This document shows, piece by piece, positions 15,162 through 23,488 of a DNA stretch of 37,037 nt; positions within the stretch are counted from its first letter, which is position 1, and the number at the start of each line of letters is the position of its first letter. A program made the translations under genes and the position numbers. The DNA is taken from NCBI GenBank assembly GCA_964385005.1, contig CAYLMF010000003.1:3521-40557 (forward strand), read 5' to 3'. The notes under the pieces are model-generated. The model was not told where the DNA came from and made no database searches. It saw only the letters and a program-made list of their open reading frames with translations. Source of the stretch: an uncultured Bdellovibrionales bacterium. GTDB lineage: Bacteria > Patescibacteriota > Minisyncoccia > Moranbacterales > UBA1568.

Positions 15162-15416
15162 ATGCGCTACACTATAGATGATATATTTTCATCTATGCAA
15201 TCACTTTTTGGACTTTTTTATACTCTTCTTTTTCTCTGCTATATTTTTGCAGCTATCTTTGTTGTTTTTCATATTCTTCGTTACTCACTTGATCGCAAAA
15301 AGGCCCTCCTTGGAGTTGCCCTCTTTCTTTCTGTAGCAGTCATTCTTCTTTTTGTGAACGCCATTCTTTTTTTTAGCCTTCCTTTTTCAGAACTTGGCAT
15401 ACCAACTTCTTTCTAA
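15162..15416 (+). CDS. Hypothetical small membrane protein (84 aa)
   Basis: It has two long hydrophobic segments (FGLFYTLLFLCYIFAAIFVVFHIL; ALLGVALFLSVAVILLFVNAILFF). It is tightly packed between ruvB and the next gene. Confidence 0.55.
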   Translation: MRYTIDDIFSSMQSLFGLFYTLLFLCYIFAAIFVVFHILRYSLDRKKALLGVALFLSVAVILLFVNAILFFSLPFSELGIPTSF

Positions 15417-15422
15417 AAAACT

Positions 15423-15944
15423 ATGCTTACTTTCCCTGGACAAAAAGATACCGAGCAAGTGCTCCATGTAGTGCATCGCCACTGGTTCAATCTGCTTTCT
15501 CACTTTTTTCTGCTCTTTGTTATCTTTATTGTTATCTTTGGGGGCATTTCTTTTTTTCTGATTCTTTTTCCAGAAGCCACTGATGCTGGCGGCAAAAAAG
15601 TTTTGGTCTTTGTACAAAACTCATTCTTTCTTTTTATGTGGCTCTATTGTTTCATGCTTTGGATCGATTACTACTTTGATGTCTGGATTATTACCGATGA
15701 AAGAATTCTCAATATAGAACAGAAGGGGTTGTTTATTCGTACTATTAGTGAAGTTCACTATTCGCGCATCCAAGATATCAGTACCAGTGTTAATGGTATT
15801 ATCCCGACCGTCCTCAACTTTGGAGATCTTTTATTACAAACAGCCTCAGAAAATGAACGTGTTAGCTTCCGCCAAGTGGGTGATCCCAATGGCCTCAAAG
15901 ATGAGATTATGCGTCTAGCCAAAAGAGATCGTCTTGGTTTGTAA
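15423..15944 (+). CDS. Membrane protein with a bacterial PH (bPH_2 / YdbS-YdbT-like) domain
   Basis: Two N-terminal TM helices are followed by ITDERILNIEQKGLFIRTISEVHYSRIQDIS...NFGDLLLQTA, which is typical of PF03703-type domains. Confidence 0.6.
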   Translation: MLTFPGQKDTEQVLHVVHRHWFNLLSHFFLLFVIFIVIFGGISFFLILFPEATDAGGKKVLVFVQNSFFLFMWLYCFMLWIDYYFDVWIITDERILNIEQKGLFIRTISEVHYSRIQDISTSVNGIIPTVLNFGDLLLQTASENERVSFRQVGDPNGLKDEIMRLAKRDRLGL

Positions 15945-15965
15945 TTTACTGGTTTTGTAAGCAAT

Positions 15966-16460
15966 ATGCGTATACTCGGCATAGATCCCGGCACCGCCAC
16001 GGTGGGCTGGGGAGTAATTGAGATAGGAACGGGCGCCCCTGCCGTAGTTGCATCTGGACACATCAGCACTCCCAAAGAAATGCCTCTCAGCCAGCGTCTT
16101 CTGGAAATCTCTCGCGATATTAAGGAGGTTCTAGCTTTATACAAGCCAAGCGAAGCAGGGGTAGAGGAACTTTTCTTTTTTAAAAACCAAAAAACAGTCA
16201 TTTCTGTCGCTCAAGCAAGGGGCGCGATACTCTTGACACTTGAGGAAAATAATGTTAGTATTTTCGGTTACACACCGCTTCAAGTGAAACAGGCCCTCAC
16301 AAATTATGGTCGCGCGGATAAGGCTCAAGTACAGCAAATGGTAAAAGCTCTTCTCAAACTCAAAGAGATTCCTAAGCCAGACGATACAGCAGATGCTCTT
16401 GCCATAGCTCTCTGTCATGCTCAAAGACGAAGACGAGAAATTATTGAAAAAAATCACTAA
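15966..16460 (+). CDS. ruvC: Holliday junction resolvase RuvC
   Basis: MRILGIDPGTATVGWGVIE supplies the catalytic Asp. The 164-aa size and the C-terminal DTADALAIALCHA are also typical of RuvC. Confidence 0.92.
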   Translation: MRILGIDPGTATVGWGVIEIGTGAPAVVASGHISTPKEMPLSQRLLEISRDIKEVLALYKPSEAGVEELFFFKNQKTVISVAQARGAILLTLEENNVSIFGYTPLQVKQALTNYGRADKAQVQQMVKALLKLKEIPKPDDTADALAIALCHAQRRRREIIEKNH

Positions 16461-16481
16461 ACTTTAAACACATTTTGACCT

Positions 16482-17138
16482 ATGAACTATCACCCTCTCG
16501 TCATGTACATAGTGGAGCAAGGTGTACCACTACAAACACTTGCGCTCCTCTTAATGATTCCTGTCGTCGCTACCCTTGTAGCTTTCTTTCGTCAGGTTGT
16601 CGGTATCAAGGCTTTTGGTATCTATACTCCATCAATTATTACTTTTGCCCTACTTGCTTTTGATCCCAATGGACTCAAGTACGGTATTGCTATTTTTATA
16701 AGTATTATCTTGGTTGGCATGGCTTCTCGCTATATGCTGCGTCGCTTCCGACTCCTCTATCTTCCTCGTGTAGCTATTACTATTTCTATTGTTGCCCTAG
16801 CTATTCTTCTTATCCTCGTTATTGGTGCTCACTTCAAGCGCACTGGCCTCGCTTCTGTTTCTATCTTTCCGCTTCTCATCATGATTACTCTAGCGGAAAA
16901 GTTTGTGGCTACGCAGATTGAAAAAGGAAGCCGCGCCGCTACCTTTCTTGCTGGTGAAACTCTTCTTATCTCACTCATTGGCTACGCTCTCATTCGTTGG
17001 GACGCCTTTATGATTTTGATTCTCAATCATCCTTGGCTTATCCTTTTGACCTTTATCGTCAACTTTACTCTTGGCAAATGGTCTGGTCTTCGTATCACAG
17101 AGTATATACGCTTCCGCAAGGTTATAGCTCATTTGTAG
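16482..17138 (+). CDS. 7TM membrane protein of the 7TM_transglut type (partner of RimK-related ATP-grasp ligases)
   Basis: The protein has about 7 hydrophobic helices. IPVVATLVAFFRQVVGIKAFGIYTPSII, LLYLPRVA, SIFPLLIMITLAEKF and GKWSGLRITEYIRF match my memory of the PF14402 core. Confidence 0.6.
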   Translation: MNYHPLVMYIVEQGVPLQTLALLLMIPVVATLVAFFRQVVGIKAFGIYTPSIITFALLAFDPNGLKYGIAIFISIILVGMASRYMLRRFRLLYLPRVAITISIVALAILLILVIGAHFKRTGLASVSIFPLLIMITLAEKFVATQIEKGSRAATFLAGETLLISLIGYALIRWDAFMILILNHPWLILLTFIVNFTLGKWSGLRITEYIRFRKVIAHL

Positions 17139-17150
17139 TTCTCCAAAAAT

Positions 17151-18545
17151 ATGTTTGAACTCTTTCTCAAAAGTCAAAAGCTTCTTGGTATGAACGCGCG
17201 TAATCTTGATTATGTGCGTCCACTGAATCGCAAAAAGGCTATGCGTATTGCGGATGACAAACTTCTCTGTAAGCGTATTCTGCGTAAACAAAATCTTTCT
17301 GTGCCACAGCTTCTCGGAAGAATTCGAAGCTATGAAGAATTAGAGACATTTGACTGGTCTACCCTCCCTGGAGGATTTGCTCTCAAACCTAATCGTGGTT
17401 TTGGTGGAGGTGGTATCTTGGTTGTCTATGCGCGTAAGCGTGGCCGTGATGACGCCTGGGTAAAGGCCGACGGTTCACTCATTACCATAGAAGATCTCAA
17501 AACGCACATCAAAAACATTCTCGATGGATCTTTTTCATTGAGTAACCTTCCCGATACTGCTTTTTTTGAGGAACGCCTCACTCTTCTGAAACTTTTCAAG
17601 CCTTATAGTTACAAGGGTATCCCTGATATTCGCGTTATCGTCTTTAATTCTGTCCCTGTTATGGCCATGCTTCGCCTGCCTACGCGTGCTTCAGACGGCA
17701 AGGCTAACCTCCAGCAAGGCGCTATCGGCGTTGGTATCGATCTTGCTACCGGCACTACCACAAGCGCTATTATGGGAAAGGGTAATATCATCGAACATGT
17801 CCCCGATACCAGTCTTGTACTTTCTGGTATCAAGCTTCCGTACTGGAAAGAGACCCTACGTATCGCTGTAGAAGCTCAAAAAATTTCTGGCCTTGGTTTT
17901 CTCGGAGCCGATATCGCTCTTGATCGTGAACGTGGACCTGTGATTATAGAACTCAATGCTCGTCCAGGACTTTCTATTCAGCTTGCCAATCTCTCAGGTC
18001 TTCGCGAACGCCTTGATCGCGTGAAGGGTATCAAAATCAAAACCACTGACCGAGGCATTCGCGTGGGCATGAATCTTTTTGGTGGAGAAATCGAAGATGA
18101 AATCGAAGAAATATCAGGTAAAAAAATGATCGGCGCTATTGAAAAAGTAACTTTCTACGGAAAAGACGACAAAGAGGTTACCCTCGAAGCAAAGATAGAT
18201 ACTGGGGCTGACTCATCCTCTATTGACTTTGAGGTAGCAGAAGCCCTTGGATTTGGAGAAACAGTACGTGCCTACAAGGCCCTTGAAGCTGATTGGGAAA
18301 AACTTAAAAACCTCAGCAAAGAAGAGCGTTGGGAACTTTTTGAAAATATTCCTGATGCTGTCAGTACCGTCCCAATTCACTCTTCACACGGTACCACTTA
18401 TCGAGTCAAAATTCAGCTTGAGATGCTTCTTGATGGTACTCGCACACCTATCCGACCAACCCTTATTGATCGCTCTCGTCTTGATTACAAATCAATTATC
18501 GGTAGAAAAAATCTTCTTAAATTCCTCGTAGACGTATCAAAATAA
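17151..18545 (+). CDS. Alpha-L-glutamate-ligase-related ATP-grasp enzyme fused to a C-terminal retropepsin-like (RimB / Zn_protease PF05618-type) domain
   Basis: The N-terminus LGMNARNLDYVRPLNRKKAMRIADDKLLCKRIL...FALKPNRGFGGGGILVV is typical of TIGR02291/ATPgrasp_ST. The C-terminal 130 aa contain LEAKIDTGADSSSID, a D-T-G aspartyl protease signature in the same context as RimK-associated proteases. Confidence 0.7.
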   Translation: MFELFLKSQKLLGMNARNLDYVRPLNRKKAMRIADDKLLCKRILRKQNLSVPQLLGRIRSYEELETFDWSTLPGGFALKPNRGFGGGGILVVYARKRGRDDAWVKADGSLITIEDLKTHIKNILDGSFSLSNLPDTAFFEERLTLLKLFKPYSYKGIPDIRVIVFNSVPVMAMLRLPTRASDGKANLQQGAIGVGIDLATGTTTSAIMGKGNIIEHVPDTSLVLSGIKLPYWKETLRIAVEAQKISGLGFLGADIALDRERGPVIIELNARPGLSIQLANLSGLRERLDRVKGIKIKTTDRGIRVGMNLFGGEIEDEIEEISGKKMIGAIEKVTFYGKDDKEVTLEAKIDTGADSSSIDFEVAEALGFGETVRAYKALEADWEKLKNLSKEERWELFENIPDAVSTVPIHSSHGTTYRVKIQLEMLLDGTRTPIRPTLIDRSRLDYKSIIGRKNLLKFLVDVSK

Positions 18546-19516
18546 TGACCCTTTCGAATAGCCACTACCAAAAAATTCTCAATACCTACACAAAAAATGC
18601 AACTCTTATTTCTCCGGAAAAAGAGTTTCATTTTTTTCTCAGAGCCTACAAGGCATCTGGCAATTCACGCTATCGAGAAGTGCTTTCTCGAGGTATCAAA
18701 GAAAATAAACTCCCGCGACTAAAGAAAGAAATTGTAGCTATCGCGAACTCTTCTTCTTTAAAAAAACCAGAGATTTCGCCCAAAAGGCCCGGCATCAATA
18801 ATGAAAGAAATCGTCGAAGGCAACTTCTTTATAGCAAACACCCTCTCTTACCTCTTTTTCATGACCTTACCAATAGCCTCTTCTTTTTTCAAAAACTCGG
18901 ACTAGATCAGGCTTTTCCAGAGCTATTTAATCAGGGCATCACTCACCTAAAAAATCACCTCTCAATAGCTCCTCTTCTTCTGACCGAAGAAACATTTCTT
19001 ATTGATAGTTCCTATGGAGCTAACACTCTTTTTCATCTACGTTTTCTTGGCGTTGTTGATGTCACCAAAGAGTATCTCGAACTCGCAAAAAAGACTTTTG
19101 TTGAGGGCTTTTATGCCACCCCTGAGATACTTAGTGACGAAGATCTCTACTCGGCCTTTTATACACTCACCCACATTGTTATTGCGGCTTCAGACTTTTA
19201 TCGCCAAACTCCCCATGAGAATTTTTCCTGGATTTTTGAATACCTTGAAAAACACCGTTCCCTCGCTCTAGAAAAGCTCTCACTTGATATACAGTTTGAA
19301 ATTGCCCTTTGCTTTAAAATTATGAATTTTCAAGATCGCTTCTCTATTGCATATCAGGAATATCTAACACACATACAAACAGTTTTTTTTCTAGATACTC
19401 AGGCTCCCCTGGAGTATCTCGAGAAAAAGGAGCATACTGCTAGTATCGCTCTTCTACTTTTTTCTCCATCTTCTACTTTTTTCCCTGACCCAGATCTCTC
19501 AAAAGAGATTTTATAG
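18545..19516 (+). CDS. Hypothetical helical protein (323 aa), translationally coupled to the ATP-grasp fusion
   Basis: The start overlaps the upstream stop (TAATG at 18543-18547). There is no TM segment and no motif I recognise. Confidence 0.6.
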   Translation: MTLSNSHYQKILNTYTKNATLISPEKEFHFFLRAYKASGNSRYREVLSRGIKENKLPRLKKEIVAIANSSSLKKPEISPKRPGINNERNRRRQLLYSKHPLLPLFHDLTNSLFFFQKLGLDQAFPELFNQGITHLKNHLSIAPLLLTEETFLIDSSYGANTLFHLRFLGVVDVTKEYLELAKKTFVEGFYATPEILSDEDLYSAFYTLTHIVIAASDFYRQTPHENFSWIFEYLEKHRSLALEKLSLDIQFEIALCFKIMNFQDRFSIAYQEYLTHIQTVFFLDTQAPLEYLEKKEHTASIALLLFSPSSTFFPDPDLSKEIL

Positions 19517-19554
19517 ATTTTATTTTTTCTTATTCAAGTTAACTCAAACCCGCT

Positions 19555-20538
19555 ATGGATTTTCAGCAGTATATCGAAAAGGTAAAACACGGCGCTTACA
19601 AATCTTTTCTCAAAAAAACTCTTGCCCTTGGACTTTCTGTGGAACTTATTTTGCATGAAAAAATTCCTGTTGTAAAAATAACTCATGGAGAGAAAACTCT
19701 TTTTTGCTATGGCAAGGTTCCGCTTTTTCGTAGCATGTGTAATCTCACAAAAAACAAATCTATCACTAAGTTTGTTCTAGAGTCGGTAGGTATTCGAACT
19801 CCAAAAGGTATTGTGACACATTCTTTTGAAGATGGTATTCGTGAGGTGCGTGAAAAAAATCTTACCTACCCTCTTATAAGCAAACCTGTTGATGGTTCAC
19901 TCGCCAAAGGCGTCACCTGGAATATCACTTCTGAAGCTGGCTTACAGGAGGCTATCGAGCATGCATTGGGCGCTTATGGCTATCGAGAAGATATCAAGAT
20001 TCTTGTTGAAGAAATGTTTGTTGGCAATGAATACCGTGTTCTTGTTTTTAATGGCAAGATCCTTTCTTGTGTAGAAAAAATACCAGCAGGTATTACGGGT
20101 GATGGTGAACAATCTATTCAAGATCTTATACATTCTTTTAACAAAACTCGTCGTCATGGCTTTGAGATTAAACTTGATACCGTTGCCAAGGAGACACTCT
20201 CTAAAGCTGGTTACACCCTAAAAACAATTCTCCCAAAAGATTCTTTCTTTAAATTGCGTAATAATCTCAATATGTCTGATGGTGGCCGCTGTATTGAACG
20301 AACAGCCACTATGGATAAAGAGCTTCAAAAAACCTGCGTAAAGGCCGTGGAATCTCTTGGCCTAACCTATGGCGGACTCGACCTTATCACAAACAACATC
20401 TCTCTCCCTGGAGCCCCATACGTTATTCTTGAGGTCAATCCAAACCCTTACTACAATATGCACGAAAAACCTCTTGTAGAGGGCGATGGTATTGATGTAT
20501 CTCTCATACTTCTAAAGTATCTTTTTCCCTCTTTGTAA
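19555..20538 (+). CDS. Stand-alone ATP-grasp ligase resembling the N-terminal ATP-grasp module of cyanophycin synthetase (CphA) / RimK
   Basis: YPLISKPVDGSLAKGV, EEMFVGNEYRVLVFNGKI, GDGEQSIQDLI, NLNMSDGG and VILEVNPNPYYNMH follow the CphA-N / ATP-grasp pattern. Confidence 0.65.
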   Translation: MDFQQYIEKVKHGAYKSFLKKTLALGLSVELILHEKIPVVKITHGEKTLFCYGKVPLFRSMCNLTKNKSITKFVLESVGIRTPKGIVTHSFEDGIREVREKNLTYPLISKPVDGSLAKGVTWNITSEAGLQEAIEHALGAYGYREDIKILVEEMFVGNEYRVLVFNGKILSCVEKIPAGITGDGEQSIQDLIHSFNKTRRHGFEIKLDTVAKETLSKAGYTLKTILPKDSFFKLRNNLNMSDGGRCIERTATMDKELQKTCVKAVESLGLTYGGLDLITNNISLPGAPYVILEVNPNPYYNMHEKPLVEGDGIDVSLILLKYLFPSL

Positions 20539-20572
20539 ACAATCTTTTACCAAGAGCTTTTTCTCATTTTTA

Positions 20573-20581
20573 TGCTATAAT
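20573..20581 (+). promoter_or_regulatory. Candidate extended -10 promoter element for the PBP gene
   Basis: TGCTATAAT (TGn-TATAAT) lies 22 nt upstream of the ATG at 20604. No good -35 element is present. Confidence 0.35.
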
Positions 20582-20603
20582 ACAGGGTATAAAATACCTT
20601 TTT

Positions 20604-23186
20604 ATGGCTTTATTTAAAAGAAAACGTCGAGTTCATTTCAGCGAAGAGTCTACCCCATCAAAGAACTCTTTCTCTTTCAAGCTTCCTTCTTGGGTTGAAA
20701 GACATCAGAAGCTTCTTTTCCGCATCTTTTTGGGTCTTGTTGGGACTTTTGTGCTTGTTTTAGTCGGGACTTTCCTCTATTTTGCTAAGGACCTTCCTGA
20801 GGCAGGCAATATCAATAAACGCTTTGTTGCTGAATCAACAAAAATCTATGACCGGACTGGACAGCACCTACTCTACGAACTTCATGGTGAAGAAAAGCGC
20901 ACCGTTATTCCTTTTGACCAAATTCCTGAGATTGTCCGTTTTGCCACTATTTCCCTTGAAGATCAGGACTTCTATCATCATTTTGGCCTAAAACCAAGCG
21001 CTATTCTTCGTGCGGCCCTCAAAGACATCATTACTCTTGATGCGGCTCAAGGAGGTTCTACTATCACCCAGCAGTTCGTCAAAAATTCTCTCCTTTCCAA
21101 TGAACGTACAGTTACTCGAAAAATAAAAGAGGCTATTCTTTCTATTGAAATAGAAACACTGTTTACCAAAGATGAGATTCTGGCCATGTACCTGAATGAA
21201 ATTCCTTATGGTCAAAATGCCTATGGCATCGAGGCTGCTGCTCGTACCTATTTCGGCAAATCTGCCAAGGAACTCACTCTCGATGAAGCGGCCCTTCTTG
21301 CCTCTTTGCCTCGTGGTACAGCCTACTATTCCCCTTATGGAAGCCGTCCTGAGCGCCTAACCGCCCGCAAAGAGTATGCTCTCAAACAAATGGCTAAGCT
21401 TGGCTATATCACCGATGAACAAGCAGGGCAAGCTATAGAAACTGATACTCTCAAGAAAATCCTTCCTCAGAAAGATATTATTGCCGCCCCTCACTTTGTC
21501 ATGTATATCAAGGACTATCTTCAGGAAAAATATGGCGATCAATCCATAGAGCAAGGTGGTTATAAGGTAATCACCACTCTTGATTGGGACAAGCAACAAG
21601 CAGCCGAGGAGGCCGTCAGAGAGGGTTCAAAAAACAATGGTACTTGGAGAGCTTCCAATGCTGCTCTTGTAGCTATGGACCCAAAGAATGGTCAGATTTT
21701 AGCTATGGTTGGCTCTAAGGATTATTTTGATGCTTCAATAGATGGTCAAGTCAACGTCGCTATCCGCAACAGACAGCCAGGTTCTTCTTTTAAGCCCTAT
21801 GTCTACCTTACAGCGTTTACCAAGGGCTATCTGCCAGAAACCATGCTCTATGACACAGAGACAGAGTTTGATACAAATGACGGAAAGGTTTATAAACCCC
21901 TCAACTACAACGGGGAGTTCAATGGTCCAATTAGCATGAAGAGGGCCCTCGGAGGATCTCTCAACGTTCCTGCGGTAAAAACCCTCTATCTAGTCGGTGT
22001 CAAAGATTCTATTAAACTTGCTAAAGACCTTGGTATCCAGGGACTCAATGACCCTGATCGTGTAGGACTCTCTCTCGTTTTGGGTGGCGGTGAAGTACAA
22101 CTCCTTGACCATGTAAATGCCTACAGCACACTAGCTACTGGTGGTGTACGTCACGAAAAAACCTCTATTCTAAAGATTGAGGATGCTAGTGGTAACATCC
22201 TTGAAGAGTACCAAGAAAAGCCTGGTGAGCGTGTTGTGGAGGAAAAGTATGTGGCTATGCTTGATTCTATTCTTTCAACTAATGAGAATCGTGCCTGGGT
22301 ATTTGGGGAAAATTCTCCTCTGGCATTCAATTCTCGACCAGTAGCTGCTAAGACTGGTACCACAAATGAATTTCGTGATGGCTGGACGATGGGCTACACT
22401 CCAAACCTTGCAGTAGGTGTTTGGGCTGGAAACAATGACAACAGTCCTATGAAAGAAGGGGCTGATGGTGTCAATGTGGCGGCTCCTATTTGGAGAAAGT
22501 TTATGGACAAAGCACTCTCTAATTACTCTATCGAAAAGTTTCCCGAGTACAAACCAGAAGATGAGATTGGTGATGGTGATAATAAAACCAACAAACCCAT
22601 GCTTTCTGGTGAGCTTGAAGAGGAAAAAGATCTTAAAGTTTGTGAAATTCCAGGTAAAGATACGTATTGTCTAGCCAATAAGTACTGCCCTGATGATAAA
22701 GCAAAGAAAAAAGATTTCGTGAGTGTGCATGACATCCTCCATTATGTTGACCGTCGTGATCCTCGTGGACCAATTCCAGATAAACCAGAGAATGATGGTC
22801 AATATAAAAACTGGGAAGAAAGTGTTAAAAAATGGTACGAGAAGTCTGATAATAAGGACAAGGGGTCATCTGGAAATGTACCGACAAAAGACTGTGAGAA
22901 GGATGATTTCGATAACTTTGAGCCAGATCTAGAGCTCGATGTTCCTTCATCTACAGATTCCTCTACCTTAAAGCTTAGTGTCAAAACAGATGCTCCGTAT
23001 GGGATAAAAAAGGTTACCTACTCAGTAGATGGAGATACAGTAAAGAGCGTGAGTAGCAAACCATATTCTACAGAATACGATATTCCTAACTCAAAAAATA
23101 ATCGCACTATTACTATCAAAGCTGAACTTGAAGATGATAATGGCAATACCACTACTGACAGTAAAGATGTCAGTGTTAGCTTCTAA
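20604..23186 (+). CDS. Class A penicillin-binding protein (glycosyltransferase GT51 + transpeptidase) with a long C-terminal extension
   Basis: It has an N-terminal TM anchor. GT51 motifs are present (SLEDQDFYHHFG, GGSTITQQ), as are transpeptidase motifs (GSSFKP = SxxK, SLN, KTGT). About 220 extra C-terminal residues include a charged linker and an Ig-like beta-rich end. Confidence 0.92.
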   Translation: MALFKRKRRVHFSEESTPSKNSFSFKLPSWVERHQKLLFRIFLGLVGTFVLVLVGTFLYFAKDLPEAGNINKRFVAESTKIYDRTGQHLLYELHGEEKRTVIPFDQIPEIVRFATISLEDQDFYHHFGLKPSAILRAALKDIITLDAAQGGSTITQQFVKNSLLSNERTVTRKIKEAILSIEIETLFTKDEILAMYLNEIPYGQNAYGIEAAARTYFGKSAKELTLDEAALLASLPRGTAYYSPYGSRPERLTARKEYALKQMAKLGYITDEQAGQAIETDTLKKILPQKDIIAAPHFVMYIKDYLQEKYGDQSIEQGGYKVITTLDWDKQQAAEEAVREGSKNNGTWRASNAALVAMDPKNGQILAMVGSKDYFDASIDGQVNVAIRNRQPGSSFKPYVYLTAFTKGYLPETMLYDTETEFDTNDGKVYKPLNYNGEFNGPISMKRALGGSLNVPAVKTLYLVGVKDSIKLAKDLGIQGLNDPDRVGLSLVLGGGEVQLLDHVNAYSTLATGGVRHEKTSILKIEDASGNILEEYQEKPGERVVEEKYVAMLDSILSTNENRAWVFGENSPLAFNSRPVAAKTGTTNEFRDGWTMGYTPNLAVGVWAGNNDNSPMKEGADGVNVAAPIWRKFMDKALSNYSIEKFPEYKPEDEIGDGDNKTNKPMLSGELEEEKDLKVCEIPGKDTYCLANKYCPDDKAKKKDFVSVHDILHYVDRRDPRGPIPDKPENDGQYKNWEESVKKWYEKSDNKDKGSSGNVPTKDCEKDDFDNFEPDLELDVPSSTDSSTLKLSVKTDAPYGIKKVTYSVDGDTVKSVSSKPYSTEYDIPNSKNNRTITIKAELEDDNGNTTTDSKDVSVSF

Positions 23187-23488
23187 GATTTTTCAAAGTC
23201 CCTCTGTGTTAGAATAATATCTTCAAGGTATTCTCCCTCTAAAAGAAGGTTTGTATTTTTTAAAAGCTTTTCTTTTTGAAGATAAATTTCATTGGCCCAT
23301 AGGGATGATTCTGGCCGTACATATATTTTCTTTTCATGTACTCGTAATGGCCGCAAGCTTTCTTCTCCACGCGTACCATATAATTCCTGAATAACCTTTA
23401 AAAAAACAAAGAAGATTGTTTTTTCATCAAGTTCCTTGTTTTTTTGAGGCTTTCTTTTTTGATTAAGAAGATCCTCTAGATTACGCAT
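23183..23488 (-). CDS. DUF721 / DciA-like protein
   Basis: The small size (101 aa), the position immediately after dnaN and the segment LRPLRVHEKKIYVRPESSLWANEIYLQKEKLL (the 'L-V-V-sS-Wa-eL' pattern) fit DUF721. Its start overlaps the end of dnaN by 8 nt. Confidence 0.55.
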   Translation of the reverse strand: MRNLEDLLNQKRKPQKNKELDEKTIFFVFLKVIQELYGTRGEESLRPLRVHEKKIYVRPESSLWANEIYLQKEKLLKNTNLLLEGEYLEDIILTQRDFEKS

